NCBI GenBank assembly: GCA_030141605.1
Contig: JAQGDQ010000001.1
Span: forward strand, 1,798,001 to 1,862,000
From: Tubiluchus corallicola
Lineage: Eukaryota > Animalia > Priapulida
DNA: 64,000 nucleotides
Reading direction: 5' to 3'
Positions 61,310 through 64,000 of this stretch are shown here, piece after piece (position 1 is the first letter of the stretch; every line of letters starts with the position of its first letter). Both the position numbers and the translations under genes were made by a program. Under the pieces are notes generated by a model that did no database searches, was not told where the DNA came from, and saw only the letters and a list, made by a program, of their open reading frames with translations.

Positions 61310-63760
61310 ATGAAGAACAGTCAGCCTACAATTAGTAAAGTTTTATGTCAAACAATTTTCCTACTTGCTCTGTTAAATTCTTGTCAGACTGTCTTATTTC
61401 CATTTATACCACTTTATCTCCATGACATTGGCTTAACAGCTATAAAATCAGGAATGTCACTTAGTGCCATGCATTTCTGCGGTCTCATTTCATGCATGTT
61501 TATACCAAGTTGTGCAGTATACTACAGAAGGAGAAAGCCAATAGTGCTTTTGTTAATGCTTTCCTGTCTTATTACTTTTGGAATACTGTGTTCTCTGCCA
61601 ACAGTGTCTGTTATAGAAACAAAGCTTGTAAATAATTGTAAATCTGCATTCAAGAGTGGATTGCTGAATTCACAACAAAATGGGTCTCTGACTGCTGTTC
61701 CTTCACACTGTGTACAAGAAAACTGCAGCTCTGTTGATCTGATTGAAGACACAACACTTTTGTCTAGCACTTCAAACAGCATACTTAGTAATGCTCAGAA
61801 AAAAACAAGCGCAGGTCGTAATAAAATAAGTAATTTTCAGCATAGAACATTAAATTTGACTGCTCGCCCATTACAAACAACAGTAACCACGGAGGCAGAC
61901 CAAGTCAATTATGACCTTAAAGGTACAAATATTCCATCTCACATTCCAGTGACTTTGGTTTCAGAAGTTGCAAAGAATAGTGTCACTTCTTTATCACCAG
62001 ATAAACCTAGTTTGTTGCCTTCCGTGTCAAGAATTTCTGAAAGTTTTCTGTCTACTGTACCTTCTTCCGGCATAAGAAATGAGACTTCTACACAAGTAGC
62101 CATCAGAGCAAAAGATTTGCAAAAATCTAGTTCCGAACCCTCTTTGTACGATGCCCTGAATGGCAATCTGTTATCACATGAGAGTATTGAGAGCAATTCA
62201 AGAGGTATCTCTCATCATAAAAATGCCGTAATCACATCTGATTACGACTCAAATTATATTGATGCTATTATTGATAATGCCTTTGGGAATCCAGGACATG
62301 TTATCACATCTGAAGAGCAATCAGACTCAATCTCAAATAAAGAACAATCTTTTGCTGAAGCTGCAAAAACTGGAATGTTTGCACATAGAGCGCATTCATT
62401 ATCTTCTCATCAAAGCAAGAAAAATATTGAAGAACATAGAAGGCAAGGTAATTTGGCCAAGGATGTAGTAACTGAATATCTAGATAACTACCATGTGTTT
62501 GGCAATAGAGGAAGTAATCTTGCTAATAGACATCGTTTTCATAATGGTTATTTTCCATTCCATAAACCTGAACAGCAACCATTGCCAGCATATATTTCAA
62601 GCAAGAAAAACAGTCATGGCTACAATCATCATCGTTCTCACAATCAATATCACTCTAACAAAGGCTTGAAAGAACTTCAAGGAAAACTTAAAAGCAGATT
62701 TCCTGATAGGAGTGTCTATAAACACCATCGTAATAAAAGAAAAGTAAAACGGAATGATCCTGATTACCTTCCGAACTATGACAGAGAAGGCATTTATTAC
62801 TCTGATTCTGATAATGATAGTTACAGTGAATTGTTTGATATAAATGAATCATCTGATAATAAGTTATCTTCCATAAATGTGGCAAGCTCCGTACCACTGT
62901 ATGAAAGTAACAGTTTGCAAGACATGGAGCGTCATCATCTTAATGGTAGTTATCTGGAAACACTAGACACATGGTATCTTCTCTTTGGAACTATTCATGT
63001 GAATTCTGCATTTTGGACTTTTGTGGCTGTTCTATTTTTCCTTGGTTTGGCTGGATTCAGTTTTTGTTCATTGCCAAGCATTATCGCGGAAGCATTATTT
63101 GAGTATCTAGATGATGCCGACTACCTGCAGAAGTATAAAAACCACTATCCAGCATGTCTCTACTCATCGGCAGTAGCAGTCTTGATGGTTTCCGCCATCA
63201 CATTTAAGACACAGTGTTACCTTCTTAATGGAACTGTAACAAGGTTAATAATGTATTTTTTGGCATTTTTGCTCCTAATGAGTGTCACTTTCTTTGCATT
63301 GTTTTGCACATATATTTCTGAAGCTAACCAGTTTGCTCAGCAAGGAAGGTCAACATTCAAAAGAGCTTTTGAAACATTGTTGCAAGATCATCGTTTAACA
63401 ACTGGACTTGTTGTTATAGCTGTAATAGGCACTGTCACTGAAGCTTTGCACATATTTTTGTTCTGGAAGCTACAAGATCTTGGAGGTACAGATCTAACAA
63501 TGGGTTGCGTATTGTTTGTAAGAGTAATAGCTGAGTTGCCAATGTGTTATGTGGGAAAGCGACTTGTCAGCAAGTTCAAGTGCCTAAACATGCTAAGCAT
63601 AACATTGGTAATGTTAGGGATAAAGTCTGTGTGTCTAGCATTTGTGCCAAATGCATGGGCATTTGTTATTGTTGAATTCTTGGGCATTATGACAAATGCT
63701 GTTTCTCCAGTAATTGATGCATTTGCTGAGGAACCTGGACTTCCTTTTCTGCAAATCAAG
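61310..63760 (+). CDS. MFSD6/MFSD6L-like major facilitator superfamily protein, first large coding exon (gene continues beyond the window)
   Basis: Open frame 61148-63796. Acceptors end at 61240 and 61277, so the ATG at 61310 is the likely start; donor AAG|GTAATT at 63760. PFIPLYLHDIGLTA (PFL.LY..QLGL), RRRKPIV, a long hydrophilic loop after TM3, then FLFWKLQDLGGTDLTMG...IAELP and AWAFVIVEFL are characteristic of the MFSD6 family. The paralogue cannot be assigned. Confidence 0.85.
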
Positions 63761-64000
63761 GTAATTTTTCTTGTTTTTTGGTGGGTCTGCAAATAAAATA
63801 CCAGTTTTTGTTAATTGGTTTTAGAAAGGATGCTGTATTAAGTGTTTGGGTTTCTGTCCTCTAGTTGGGCAGTCTGTTTTAAATTTAAAATGGCAAAATG
63901 GTAACTAGATAAGGTAACAGTAATTTTATAATTAATGAATTCAATACGTGTAATAATTATTCATAATTATTTTTGGTAGTAAAGATTTACATTGTATAGT

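Overview
AT-rich, intron-rich animal genomic DNA; the intron sizes and transposon spectrum suggest an invertebrate, possibly a deuterostome such as a tunicate, but the species cannot be fixed from sequence alone. Four protein-coding genes can be reconstructed by hand from GT-AG junctions with consistent phases. (1) An 18-exon CCDC57-like centriolar coiled-coil gene on the minus strand (707-23612, about 851 aa). (2) An MDP1 (magnesium-dependent phosphatase 1) gene with an intronless CDS, nested antisense in CCDC57 intron 6 (13921-14442). (3) A 23-exon FBF1-like centriole distal-appendage gene on the plus strand (29818-56997, about 1207 aa), head-to-head with CCDC57. (4) The first large coding exon of an MFSD6/MFSD6L-like transporter (61310-63760), which continues beyond the window. 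Introns carry many transposon relics: Tigger/pogo, piggyBac-like, hAT MITE, Harbinger-like, Helitron-like, CR1/L2/RTEX-type LINEs, an RLE-type (HERO/NeSL-like) retroelement, and a Penelope-like element with a decayed hammerhead-like motif. There are also long GA/GT microsatellites, local duplications and one assembly gap. No rRNA, intact tRNA or CRISPR array was seen. Homology calls rest on remembered motifs, not database searches. I did not find a clearly new biological system; the best leads are the nested MDP1, the duplicated FBF1 splice acceptor, the divergent centriolar gene pair and the enlarged MFSD6-like loop.
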